The notes under the pieces are model-generated. The model did not search any database. It worked only from the letters and a program-made list of their open reading frames with translations, and was not told where the DNA came from. A stretch of DNA of 21,106 bases from a bacterium (GTDB lineage Bacteria > Electryoneota > Electryoneia > Electryoneales > Electryoneaceae). The stretch covers positions 1 through 21,106 of the forward strand of contig JAZDLX010000016.1 of the NCBI GenBank assembly GCA_043801585.1, given 5' to 3'. Position 1 is the first letter of the stretch; every line of letters begins with the position of its first letter. Of the stretch, positions 1 to 7,906 are shown in pieces. The translations under genes and the position numbers were made by a program.

Positions 1-94
1 CTGAGAACACCACCATGCAAACCCCTGGGAGATCACCGCGCGCGTCTGACGACGCACTGGTGATGACACCTCGTGCCAAGGTCAGTAACCTGCT

Positions 95-171
95 TGTAGC
101 CCGGAATCTCGATTCCGGGGAGATGGATTCTTCCGCACACAATAATCCCGGATTCAAGAATCCGGGTTGCA
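95..171. repeat. Inverted REP-like doublet (GTAG-CCCGGAATC-TC-GATTCCGGG and an inverted degenerate partner)
   Basis: 96-119 is GTAG plus a perfect 9-bp stem with a 2-nt loop. 147-171 read on the minus strand is TGCAA-CCCGGATTC-TT-GAATCCGGG, the same architecture facing the first copy. Confidence 0.65.
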
Positions 172-194
172 TGATCTAACCAGACAAGGCACTA

Positions 195-223
195 CAAAAA
201 CCCCGATCTTGAGGACCGGGATT
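195..223 (-). terminator. Rho-independent terminator downstream of rplT
   Basis: Minus strand ATCCCGGTC-CTCAA-GATCGGGG followed by TTTTT, about 45 nt after the rplT stop. Confidence 0.75.
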
Positions 224-266
224 GATCGTGTCGGTCGAACGAAATCTCAGACCATTTCAGTCCGAA

Positions 267-614
267 TCAGGCCTGGACCTGTTTGACCACCTCGTCGAAG
301 GCGTTCGGGTCGTGAAACGCCAGGTGTGCAAGGGCCTTGCGGTCCATGTTCAGGCCCTTCTCTTTCGCGAGGGCCATGAACTTGCTGTAGCTGAGGCCGT
401 GCTGACGGACCGCGGCATTGATCCTGATAATCCACAGGGCGCGGATGTTGCGGCGGAACAGCCGGCGGTGTTCAGTGGCGAACCGGTCGGCACGCTCGGT
501 GAGGCGCGTCGCGGCACGGATGGTGTTTTTCCCACGGCCAAAGAAACCCTTGGCACGATTCAGAATCTTCTTACGGCGTGCTTTGGACGCCGGATTGTTT
601 GTTGCGCGTGGCAT
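267..614 (-). CDS. rplT: 50S ribosomal protein L20
   Basis: MPR..RRKKILNRAKGF.G, R.LWI.RINAA, GLSYSKF and DRKALA motifs; follows rpmI. Confidence 0.98.
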   Translation of the reverse strand: MPRATNNPASKARRKKILNRAKGFFGRGKNTIRAATRLTERADRFATEHRRLFRRNIRALWIIRINAAVRQHGLSYSKFMALAKEKGLNMDRKALAHLAFHDPNAFDEVVKQVQA

Positions 615-625
615 GGAGGTCTCCC

Positions 626-820
626 TTACGCCGAAATCATCTTGCGGACGCGAGGAGCATCCACTTTATCCACGAGGGCCGCCTTGGCAAGCTCACGCTT
701 GCGCTCACGCGACTTCTTCGTCAGAATATGGCTCTTGAAGCTGTGTCGGCGCCTGATCTTTCCGGACCCCGTCAGCTCAAACCGTTTTGCGGCGGCACGC
801 TTCGTCTTTGTCTTCGGCAT
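626..820 (-). CDS. rpmI: 50S ribosomal protein L35
   Basis: MPKTKTKRAAAKRF..TGSGKI, H.LTKKS..RKR; 64 aa; lies between infC and rplT. Confidence 0.98.
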   Translation of the reverse strand: MPKTKTKRAAAKRFELTGSGKIRRRHSFKSHILTKKSRERKRELAKAALVDKVDAPRVRKMISA

Positions 821-861
821 GGCTCTTCCGTCCTGCTATATGATCGTGCGAAGCGCACGAC

Positions 862-1407
862 CTATTTCTTCATAAAGGTCATCACCATGTAGCGATGACC
901 TTCCATCTGGATGTCGCCTTCGAGCTTCGCGATATCCTCGAGCGCGGCGACAAAACGGTCCATGACCTCTCGCCCAAGCTCCTTGTGGGTGATCATCCGG
1001 CCCTTGAACATCAGCGTCACCTTCACCTTGTCCCCATCTTCGAGGAAGGCGCGCATGAACCGCAGCTTGGTCTTAAAATCATGTTCTTCAATCTTGGGAC
1101 TGACACGGATCTTCTTGATCTGGGTCTGATGTCCCTTTTTGCGACTGCTCTTTTCCCGCTTCTGCTGCTCGTAACGGAATTTGCCGTAATCCATGATCCG
1201 GCAAACGGGAGGATTCGCCAGCGGCGCTACCTCCACAAGATCCAACTCAGCGGCTTCGGCACGCCGTAAGGCATCCGGAGTAGGAATAACTCCAACCTGC
1301 TCGCCTTTTTCATCGATCAGCCGGACCTCGGGAACCCGGACGAGTTCGTTGATATTGTGTTCCGGCGGCTGTGGTGCCCTGCGGTCAGGGGCTTTTCCGT
1401 ACGCGAT
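862..1407 (-). CDS. infC: Translation initiation factor IF-3 (probable non-canonical ATC start at 1407)
   Basis: DLVEVAP.ANPPVCRIMDYGKF.YEQ and GDKVKVT.MF.GR motifs. The frame stays open upstream of the listed ORF (1245) through INELVRVPEVRLIDEKGEQVG, the IF3 N-domain. AAGGGAG lies 8 nt before an in-frame ATC. Confidence 0.95.
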   Translation of the reverse strand: MAYGKAPDRRAPQPPEHNINELVRVPEVRLIDEKGEQVGVIPTPDALRRAEAAELDLVEVAPLANPPVCRIMDYGKFRYEQQKREKSSRKKGHQTQIKKIRVSPKIEEHDFKTKLRFMRAFLEDGDKVKVTLMFKGRMITHKELGREVMDRFVAALEDIAKLEGDIQMEGHRYMVMTFMKK

Positions 1408-1461
1408 GAGTGGATCTCCCTTGTTATTCTTTCCAATGGTACATCCGGCACGAACGCCGGG

Positions 1462-1535
1462 TGGGCGCTACTGGAGTCGAACCAGTGACCTCTGCCATGT
1501 CGAGACAGCGCTCTAACCAACTGAGCTAAGCGCCC
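1462..1535 (-). tRNA. tRNA-Val(GAC)
   Basis: Acceptor stem GGGCGCT/AGCGCCC, TAGCTCAGTTGGTTAGAGC D-arm, CTGTC-TCGACAT-GGCAG anticodon arm, GTTCGAC T-loop; CCA not encoded. Confidence 0.95.
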
Positions 1536-1577
1536 AAATATCAACCATCTGTCCGAGCCTTTGCACGCGGCCTCAGG

Positions 1578-1662
1578 TGCCGAGGGCCGGACTTGAACCG
1601 GCACGGAGCCATGCTCCAGCGGATTTTAAGTCCGCTGTGTCTACCAATTCCACCACCCCGGC
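1578..1662 (-). tRNA. tRNA-Leu(TAA)
   Basis: GCCGGGG..., GCGGA-CTTAAAA-TCCGC anticodon arm, long variable arm, GTTCAAG T-loop. Confidence 0.96.
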
Positions 1663-1740
1663 ATTGCGGAACGGCGCAGATTTTGCGCAGAAAAACGCTT
1701 ACTTCCGCCCCTCCTCCGGGGCCCATCCGAACTGCTCCCA

Positions 1741-1816
1741 TGGAGGCGGCGGCCGGATTCGAACCGGCGAATAAAGGTTTTGCAGACCTTCGCCTTAGCC
1801 ACTTGGCTACGCCGCC
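1741..1816 (-). tRNA. tRNA-Cys(GCA)
   Basis: GGCGGCG/CGCCGCC acceptor stem, AAGGT-CTGCAAA-ACCTT anticodon arm, U73 discriminator, encoded CCA. Confidence 0.97.
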
Positions 1817-1913
1817 CGGACCGCGCTCTGGCGGATGTGGTTTCCGGTACGGTGCGACCGGAAAAGACCCGTCTGCCGACTGCCAGACTGAGGCGCGGCG
1901 GACGGGTTGTCGG

Positions 1914-1986
1914 AGCGAGAGACGGGACTCGAACCCGCGACAACCACGTTGGCAACGTGGAGCTCTACCAACTGAGCTACTCTCGC
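1914..1986 (-). tRNA. tRNA-Gly(GCC)
   Basis: GCGAGAG/CTCTCGC acceptor stem, CCACG-TTGCCAA-CGTGG anticodon arm, U73. Confidence 0.97.
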
Positions 1987-2201
1987 AGGCAGCGGCTCTT
2001 TGCCGGCGGAAAAAGGTAGACGCTGAGGGCGTGAAACGCAAGATTTCATGCCGGAAAGTCTCGAGACTCCAGCGTTGAAACCCATCCGCTGACAGGTCGA
2101 AACACCTTCTTTCCGTCCGCCAGTCCCGGCTTCGTTCCTCGCCGTGCCGCTTGTTAAAAACCATCCTCCGAATCCAGGACAAACCACCGCCGCTGGACGT
2201 G

Positions 2202-2274
2202 TGGAGCTGAGCGGGATCGAACCGCTGACCTCCTGAATGCCATTCAGGCGCTCTCCCAACTGAGCTACAGCCCC
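2202..2274 (-). tRNA. tRNA-Ala(GGC)
   Basis: GGGGCTG/CAGCTCC acceptor stem with G3:U70, CCTGA-ATGGCAT-TCAGG anticodon arm. Confidence 0.97.
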
Positions 2275-2326
2275 AGAGAATCAACAACCTTTCCAAAGGA
2301 TTGTTTTTCAGCAACCCGTTTGAAAA

Positions 2327-2365
2327 GGCGCCGGAGAATATAGGCGGCATGGGTATCTGTGTCAA
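2327..2365 (-). promoter_or_regulatory. sigma70-type promoter of the tRNA-infC-rpmI-rplT operon
   Basis: Minus strand TTGACA (2365-2360), 17 nt, TATATT (2342-2337), then the GC-rich discriminator CTCCGGCGCC typical of stable-RNA promoters. Confidence 0.85.
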
Positions 2366-2398
2366 GCAAGTCCCAACCCCACCGCTCGGAGCCGTGAT

Positions 2399-2842
2399 TC
2401 AGGCGGATTTTACGACCAGTACTGGGATTTCCGCGTGCCTGACGATGTGTTCAGCGACCGATCCGATGAACACCTGTTTCAGGTCGCTGCGGCCGTTCGA
2501 AGCCATGACAATGCAGGTCGCACCGAGGTCGGAAGCGGTGTTCAAGATCTCTCTGCGGGGCGATCCCTCACGCAGAATCACCTCGCATAGATCCCCCGCC
2601 TCGTTGTCCTGCACCAACTCGTCCATACGTTCACGGCTTTTCACTGCCTTTTCGCGCATCATCTCCTTGTAATGCTCGGGGCTGACACGCAGGTACTGCA
2701 TCTCCGATTCCGACATGAACTCTTCGTGGATATTCAGCAGAGTGATCTTTCCCCCGAACTTCCGCGCGAGATCCACTGCGGCGGCAAACGCCTTGCGCGA
2801 CATTTCCGACAGGTCTGTCGGGAACAGAATTTTGGAAAACAT
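2399..2842 (-). CDS. Universal stress protein (UspA family)
   Basis: KILFPTDLSE.S..A, G.P..EI, IVMASNGRS....FIGSVAE.IVR.A..PVLVV; GGAG Shine-Dalgarno. Confidence 0.93.
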   Translation of the reverse strand: MFSKILFPTDLSEMSRKAFAAAVDLARKFGGKITLLNIHEEFMSESEMQYLRVSPEHYKEMMREKAVKSRERMDELVQDNEAGDLCEVILREGSPRREILNTASDLGATCIVMASNGRSDLKQVFIGSVAEHIVRHAEIPVLVVKSA

Positions 2843-2867
2843 GGCTTTCTCCTCTCCCTTCAGTGGA

Positions 2868-4448
2868 TCATATAAAGAAAATCAGGGTAATCAGCACAAA
2901 GACCGGAATCAGTATGCCAAGTGACCAGATCATGTACCCGAAGAAGCTTGGCATCTTGATATGGTTTTCTTCCGCGATGGACCTCACCATGAAGTTGGGG
3001 GCGTTACCATTATAGGTCATCGACCCGAAAAACACGGCGCCCACACTGATCGCTTTCAAATCCCAGACAAAGGAAGCAAGGAATCCGGGCGAAGCCTGAC
3101 CTAAAAGCATCATGTTCACCATGTGGTCATTAACCCCGTAACGCCCCTGCGCCAAATTGTAGAACGTCAGGTACGTCGGCGCGTTGTCGAGGAAGGATGA
3201 AAGCGCTCCGGTAACCCAGAAATAATGGAAGGGTTCGTGGACGAAATTGACAACCGCCGCGAGGTGGCCGGATGTTCCGGCACGAAGCATTGCCAGTGCC
3301 GGAATGATTGTCATGAAAATGCCCGCAAACAGGTACGCCACCTCGAGGATCGGAAACCACGTAAATCCATTATCCTTGCGGATTTCCTTCTTCGTCGTCC
3401 GAACCGAAAGAAAGACCATAAGGAGAATCCAGAGGTCGCGGATCAGGTTCTGCAGGGGCATATGGACCCCGAGCACATTGACAATCGCCAGTTTCACGGA
3501 ACCGCTGAACAATACTCCTATGATAATCCCTATGAGAAACAAGAAGTTATGAGATCCAGCGAGGGATAGCGGGACTTTCTCCGAACTTACGGGTTCCGGC
3601 GTATTCCCCTTCTCTTTGCGATAGAGAAAATTGTCGAGGATGAAATAGAGGATCAGCAGCAATCCGGCCGCTGTCGCGAATTCCGGGAAAATGTGGAATG
3701 TCCAGAAAAACGGCACACCGTGCAGGAAACCGAGAAACAGAGGTGGATCGCCAAGAGGCGTCAGTGAACCGCCGATGTTGGCGACCAGGAAGATGAAGAA
3801 AATGACGGTGTGCATCACATTTTTCCGTTCCCTGTTCGCACGCAGAAGCGGCCTGATCATCACCATCGCGGCACCCGTGGTCCCCATCCAGCTTGCCAGA
3901 ACGGTGCCGATCAACAACAGGATGAAGTTTACACGAGGGGTGCCGACAAGGCTTCCCCTCAGGAAGATGCCACCGGACGCTGTAAACAGGCCCAACAACA
4001 GAATGATGAAGGGGATATAATCCACGAGGTAGATGTGGAGAATCTCATTCAGCGCGTCTCCTTTGAAAGCGATCAGAAAGGGTATCGCGAAGACGAGTGA
4101 CCAGAACGCTGAGATCTTCGGGAAATGGTGATGCCAGAAGGATGGAGCGAGCAGCGGAAACAATGCGATCGACAGCAAAATACCGACAAAGGGAAGAGCG
4201 GACCAGATCGGGAGTTTCTGCCCGATACCTTCCTCACCTTGGTGGGCCTCCCCCCCTTCTCCGTGTGCCAGGTCGGCGGCTTGTTCCACGCCGGTCACCA
4301 CCCCCTCGGCGTGGCTGGAATCGGAGGATGAAGCCTCCATCTCCTGTACAGCACTGGTGTCCTGGTGGTTCGTGTCATCGGCCATGCCACTCAGCGGCAA
4401 CGCCATCAGCGCCACTGCGAGAAGAAAGACCGTTGCGAAACGTGTCAT
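2868..4448 (-). CDS. Ion-transporter-superfamily membrane protein (putative Na+/H+ antiporter or citrate-transporter-like)
   Basis: Many TM helices with GTTGAAM, ANIGGSLTPLGDPPLFLGF, LSSFLDNAPTY and YNGNAPNFMV motifs. Start moved to ATG 4448 (GGAGG SD, signal-peptide-like MTRFATVFLLAVAL) rather than 4553. Confidence 0.8.
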   Translation of the reverse strand: MTRFATVFLLAVALMALPLSGMADDTNHQDTSAVQEMEASSSDSSHAEGVVTGVEQAADLAHGEGGEAHQGEEGIGQKLPIWSALPFVGILLSIALFPLLAPSFWHHHFPKISAFWSLVFAIPFLIAFKGDALNEILHIYLVDYIPFIILLLGLFTASGGIFLRGSLVGTPRVNFILLLIGTVLASWMGTTGAAMVMIRPLLRANRERKNVMHTVIFFIFLVANIGGSLTPLGDPPLFLGFLHGVPFFWTFHIFPEFATAAGLLLILYFILDNFLYRKEKGNTPEPVSSEKVPLSLAGSHNFLFLIGIIIGVLFSGSVKLAIVNVLGVHMPLQNLIRDLWILLMVFLSVRTTKKEIRKDNGFTWFPILEVAYLFAGIFMTIIPALAMLRAGTSGHLAAVVNFVHEPFHYFWVTGALSSFLDNAPTYLTFYNLAQGRYGVNDHMVNMMLLGQASPGFLASFVWDLKAISVGAVFFGSMTYNGNAPNFMVRSIAEENHIKMPSFFGYMIWSLGILIPVFVLITLIFFI

Positions 4449-4670
4449 GCCTGATCCTCCCGCTTCCCGAATCCATCTCGCCATCCACCTCAAACAACCT
4501 GTTCGAGGAGATGCGGCAAGTTCGTGAAACTGTTGGTCCTGCGCAAGCGACACGATCGGAGCTGGTGATCTACTCAGGGCACTTCATTAAAACGAAATTC
4601 TTCACATTCCAATGTTTGCTGTCCGAATCCCTTTGTTCTACCTTATGCCAGACCACGTATAGGGGGAATC

Positions 4671-5885
4671 ATGCAAAAGATCTTGACGATCGTTTTTCTT
4701 CTGGTGCTGGCAGCAGGAACCTATGCCCAATCCGTTCCCATGGATTGGCAGACTGGCGTGCCTGTCGTAAACAGTTCGCGAGCATCGGCATTGGGCCATA
4801 CCGAAATGTTCGGCGCACTCGACGGTACCGCGATGTTCGCCAATCCCGCGTGGATGGCTGACACTCATGACCTGAATGTGGAAATCGGTGTTTCCTCCAT
4901 CTTCGGAAAGACTCCCTATGATGATCCCATCTTCGGGAACAGTCATGAGCAAAAATACCTGGGCAGCGTGAAACCCGAGTATGCCGTAGCGTCCATGCCG
5001 TTGCGTATTCATGGAATCCCCTTGAGCCTGGCGGTGGGAGCCGGCATCTGGACGATGCATCGACCGGGATGGGACCAGGAAACAACGTGGGAAGAGTACA
5101 GCAGCTCCATCGGCGGTTATGCCACCTATACGGACAAAATTACCTATGATGGGTTGATCCAGTTGGTGGGGCCTGCAGTCGCAGCAGATCTATTCGATAT
5201 GCTCTATGCCGGGCTTTCCATCGGCACTTCCACAGGTGGAACAATCACTGTAAAAGATGAACAGAATTATCCGGGGAATGAATCGTCTGATGAGATTTCC
5301 TATTCCCCCTCGTTCCAGGTAGTGACGCTAAGCGCTGTATTGAGACCGAACAAGAATTTTAAACTTGGCGTCATGATGCGCCCTGCCTATGAGATGACCT
5401 TTGGTGATGTTGTCTACAACTTACCTAGTATTGGTTTCAGCGGCGATGGTCCGAACACAATCTTGTCGATGCCTGAAACCATTGGCGCGAGTTTTTCCCT
5501 GACAAGCGCGGACCAGATGATTGAACTCGTTGGGGAGTACCAGTCCCGCCAGCTAAGCAAGATTCGATACGGGGTTGAGAACTTCGAGCTCAGCGATGTT
5601 CCGCTGGATGACGGGCAGGCGCTACGTCTTGGCTTACAGTTGGGCGCGATCCAGGCTGGTTATTTCATGGAAGATGTTGCCGTAGAAAAAACACAAAATG
5701 AAAGGAAACCAGCCGTCCACAAAGGATTTACGTTCGGATTGGGCTATCGGGGTCATCGGATCAGCCTGCATGCGTTCGGTGAGTACGGAGCGTTGGAATA
5801 CGACAGGATCTTCAACGGAACAACAATCGGTATCAAGGAAACCATCTGGCGAATCGGTGGAGGGATCGGGATCCACCTCTTCTGA
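4671..5885 (+). CDS. Outer-membrane beta-barrel protein, OmpP1/FadL/PorV-like
   Basis: Sec signal peptide (MQKILTIVFLLVLAAGTYA), an SRASALG...DGTAMFANPAWMA motif resembling the FadL/PorV 'RA.GMG...NPAGL' plug, amphipathic beta-strands and a C-terminal Phe. Confidence 0.65.
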   Translation: MQKILTIVFLLVLAAGTYAQSVPMDWQTGVPVVNSSRASALGHTEMFGALDGTAMFANPAWMADTHDLNVEIGVSSIFGKTPYDDPIFGNSHEQKYLGSVKPEYAVASMPLRIHGIPLSLAVGAGIWTMHRPGWDQETTWEEYSSSIGGYATYTDKITYDGLIQLVGPAVAADLFDMLYAGLSIGTSTGGTITVKDEQNYPGNESSDEISYSPSFQVVTLSAVLRPNKNFKLGVMMRPAYEMTFGDVVYNLPSIGFSGDGPNTILSMPETIGASFSLTSADQMIELVGEYQSRQLSKIRYGVENFELSDVPLDDGQALRLGLQLGAIQAGYFMEDVAVEKTQNERKPAVHKGFTFGLGYRGHRISLHAFGEYGALEYDRIFNGTTIGIKETIWRIGGGIGIHLF

Positions 5886-5912
5886 TTTCCGAGGATGTTT
5901 CAGCAGTCTTTG

Positions 5913-5960
5913 GGACGTATACAAACAGTGCCGCTGACGCGGCACTGTTTGTATACGTCC
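5913..5960. repeat. Perfect 22-bp inverted repeat with 4-nt loop between convergent genes (possible bidirectional terminator or stabiliser)
   Basis: GGACGTATACAAACAGTGCCGC-TGAC-GCGGCACTGTTTGTATACGTCC. Confidence 0.85.
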
Positions 5961-5984
5961 AGGGAATATACTATCCCAGATAAA

Positions 5985-6530
5985 TCACTCCACCGGCATC
6001 GCCTCTTCTTCCAGCACCGCAACAGTGTCCGGCACCGCCCAGATTCCCAGGTGATTCAGTTTCGATTCAGCCTGAAAGGATGCGTAATCAACTTCACGGG
6101 GATGCTGATGTTCGGGATTGACCTTCGCCAATCCCTGAGAGAGGATCCATGCACCGAGATCGCTCCCATCCTCCAACCTCATGTAGACATGCAAATCCGG
6201 CGAGGCGGTATCGGGGGCAAAGGCTTTTGAATAATCAAGGATCACAGGCTGACCGATAACACGTTCCGCGATGCGATTGATGGACGAGGTATCCATGCCG
6301 ACAATTCTCACTTCTGTCTCAAGGGTGCTGTCGGGTAGCACCGACACTACATCTGCATAGATTGCTGACGGCGCCAGCCCGATCAGGTGAACGGTACGCC
6401 CTTGCCTCAACACCACTGTATTGACATCATCCACCCTCACCACCCGGTCATGATCGCTGAGGTAACCGACGAACCACAGCAATAGTACCATCAACAGAAG
6501 GATCAGGATGACACCGACATTTCCTCTCAT
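5985..6530 (-). CDS. Membrane-anchored thermonuclease (SNase)-fold protein, catalytic residues degenerate
   Basis: N-terminal TM helix; VVRVDDVNTV, VHLIGL, L..GLA and A......GIW pattern of the SNase family. ATG 6530 with GGAG SD preferred over 6557. Confidence 0.7.
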   Translation of the reverse strand: MRGNVGVILILLLMVLLLWFVGYLSDHDRVVRVDDVNTVVLRQGRTVHLIGLAPSAIYADVVSVLPDSTLETEVRIVGMDTSSINRIAERVIGQPVILDYSKAFAPDTASPDLHVYMRLEDGSDLGAWILSQGLAKVNPEHQHPREVDYASFQAESKLNHLGIWAVPDTVAVLEEEAMPVE

Positions 6531-6562
6531 CGTCCGCTCCCAGGACTTGGATACCAAACCGT

Positions 6563-7906
6563 TCAGGCTGCCTCTCGCGCCGCTTCCTGCTCGGCGTCAT
6601 GAATAATCGGGTTCAAACGGCGCAGTTGTGTCAGCAGGACCAGCGCGATCACCGCCAGCATTCCAGCGATGAGGAACAAGTACTCGCTGTGAGACATCCG
6701 GTACCAGAGATGGCCGATTTGCCCGGCCATGCCACCACCAATACCACTGACCAGGAACCAGCCGCCCATCATCATTCCAAGCCTGCGTTTCGGGGCCAGC
6801 TTGCTGACGAGTGAAAGACCCATCGGCGAGAGCATCAATTCCGCGGTGGTAAGCACACCATAGGCGATGAGCAGCCACCAGACGCTGACATGACCCGTAT
6901 CCCCACCCGCCAAACCGGCGAATCCCATGATGACAAACGCCGCGGCGGCGAAAAGCATGCCGATAAACATTTTCGAGGCTGTCGTCGGTTCCTTGCCAAA
7001 CCTCCGAAGCAGACCCCAGAAGGCGACAAGCGGGAACGTCAGCAGAAGGATGTACATCGGATTGATCGACTGGAACATCTCGGGCGCGATTGCGGTGTTC
7101 GTCGCGCTTTGCGCCCAGAATGTGAGCGTCAGGCCCTGCTGTTCAAACGCCATCCAGAAGAAAATGACGATAATGAAGATCACGATCAACGCCCAGGTGC
7201 GCTGGCGATCCTTGACGGGATCTGCCGATGCCTCGACAACCTTTTCCCTGTGCATCGGATCTTTGCGGCGCATCCGTGCCGCAGACTGGTCACCTTTTTC
7301 GACCATCCGTTGCATCGACCAGAAGATCGCCATCGAGATCATCATGCCGATGGCCGCAGCGCCGAATCCGTAATGCCATCCGTAGTGAACACGGAGTGTA
7401 CCGGCGACCATCGGGCTGAGGAAAGCGCCGAGGTTGATACCCATGTAGAAAATGTTGTATCCGTCATCCCGCCGTTCAGGCACCTCCCGATAGAGGTTGC
7501 CAAGCATCGTCGAGATATTCGGTTTGAACATGCCATTCCCAATGATCAGGCAGATCAGTCCGGCAAAGAAGAACGGCACGGGTGGAACCGCGAGCAGGGC
7601 ATGCCCGGCAATGAAGAAAATACCGCCGATCGTAATTGACCGACGGATGCCGAAGACACGGTCCGCGAGGATTCCTCCGAAGAACGGTGTGAAATAGACC
7701 AGTCCGACGTAGAGACCATAAATCGTCGCCGTGAGATCGGGGCTGAATCCCAATCCCCCCTGCTCCTTGGGGGTAATCATGTAGAGTGCAAAGATGGCCC
7801 TCATCGAGTAGAAGCTGAATCGCTCCCACATCTCCGTGGTGAAAAGGACCGGCAATCCCTTTGGATGGGGTCGCTTGACCGCAGATGCCGTGCTCATGTC
7901 GGCCAT
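6563..7906 (-). CDS. Proton-dependent oligopeptide transporter (POT/PTR family, DtpT-like)
   Basis: EMWERFSFY (ExxERF motif), GNGMFKPNIS, FYMGINLG, FQSINP, ELMLSPMGLS. Start most likely ATG 7906 (GAGG SD). Confidence 0.95.
   Translation of the reverse strand: MADMSTASAVKRPHPKGLPVLFTTEMWERFSFYSMRAIFALYMITPKEQGGLGFSPDLTATIYGLYVGLVYFTPFFGGILADRVFGIRRSITIGGIFFIAGHALLAVPPVPFFFAGLICLIIGNGMFKPNISTMLGNLYREVPERRDDGYNIFYMGINLGAFLSPMVAGTLRVHYGWHYGFGAAAIGMMISMAIFWSMQRMVEKGDQSAARMRRKDPMHREKVVEASADPVKDRQRTWALIVIFIIVIFFWMAFEQQGLTLTFWAQSATNTAIAPEMFQSINPMYILLLTFPLVAFWGLLRRFGKEPTTASKMFIGMLFAAAAFVIMGFAGLAGGDTGHVSVWWLLIAYGVLTTAELMLSPMGLSLVSKLAPKRRLGMMMGGWFLVSGIGGGMAGQIGHLWYRMSHSEYLFLIAGMLAVIALVLLTQLRRLNPIIHDAEQEAAREAA

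Noticed and set aside
1..90. 5' end of pheS or another gene following rplT
   Set aside because: A possible GAGG plus GTG start on the minus strand gives under 20 codons with no recognisable similarity; it cannot be supported.
843..861. L20 autoregulatory leader between infC and rpmI
   Set aside because: Only a single 8-bp hairpin is visible, which is insufficient to assign an L20-binding structure.
1317..2365. ORFs of up to 274 aa across the tRNA cluster
   Set aside because: They overlap five well-formed tRNA genes and have no recognisable protein features.
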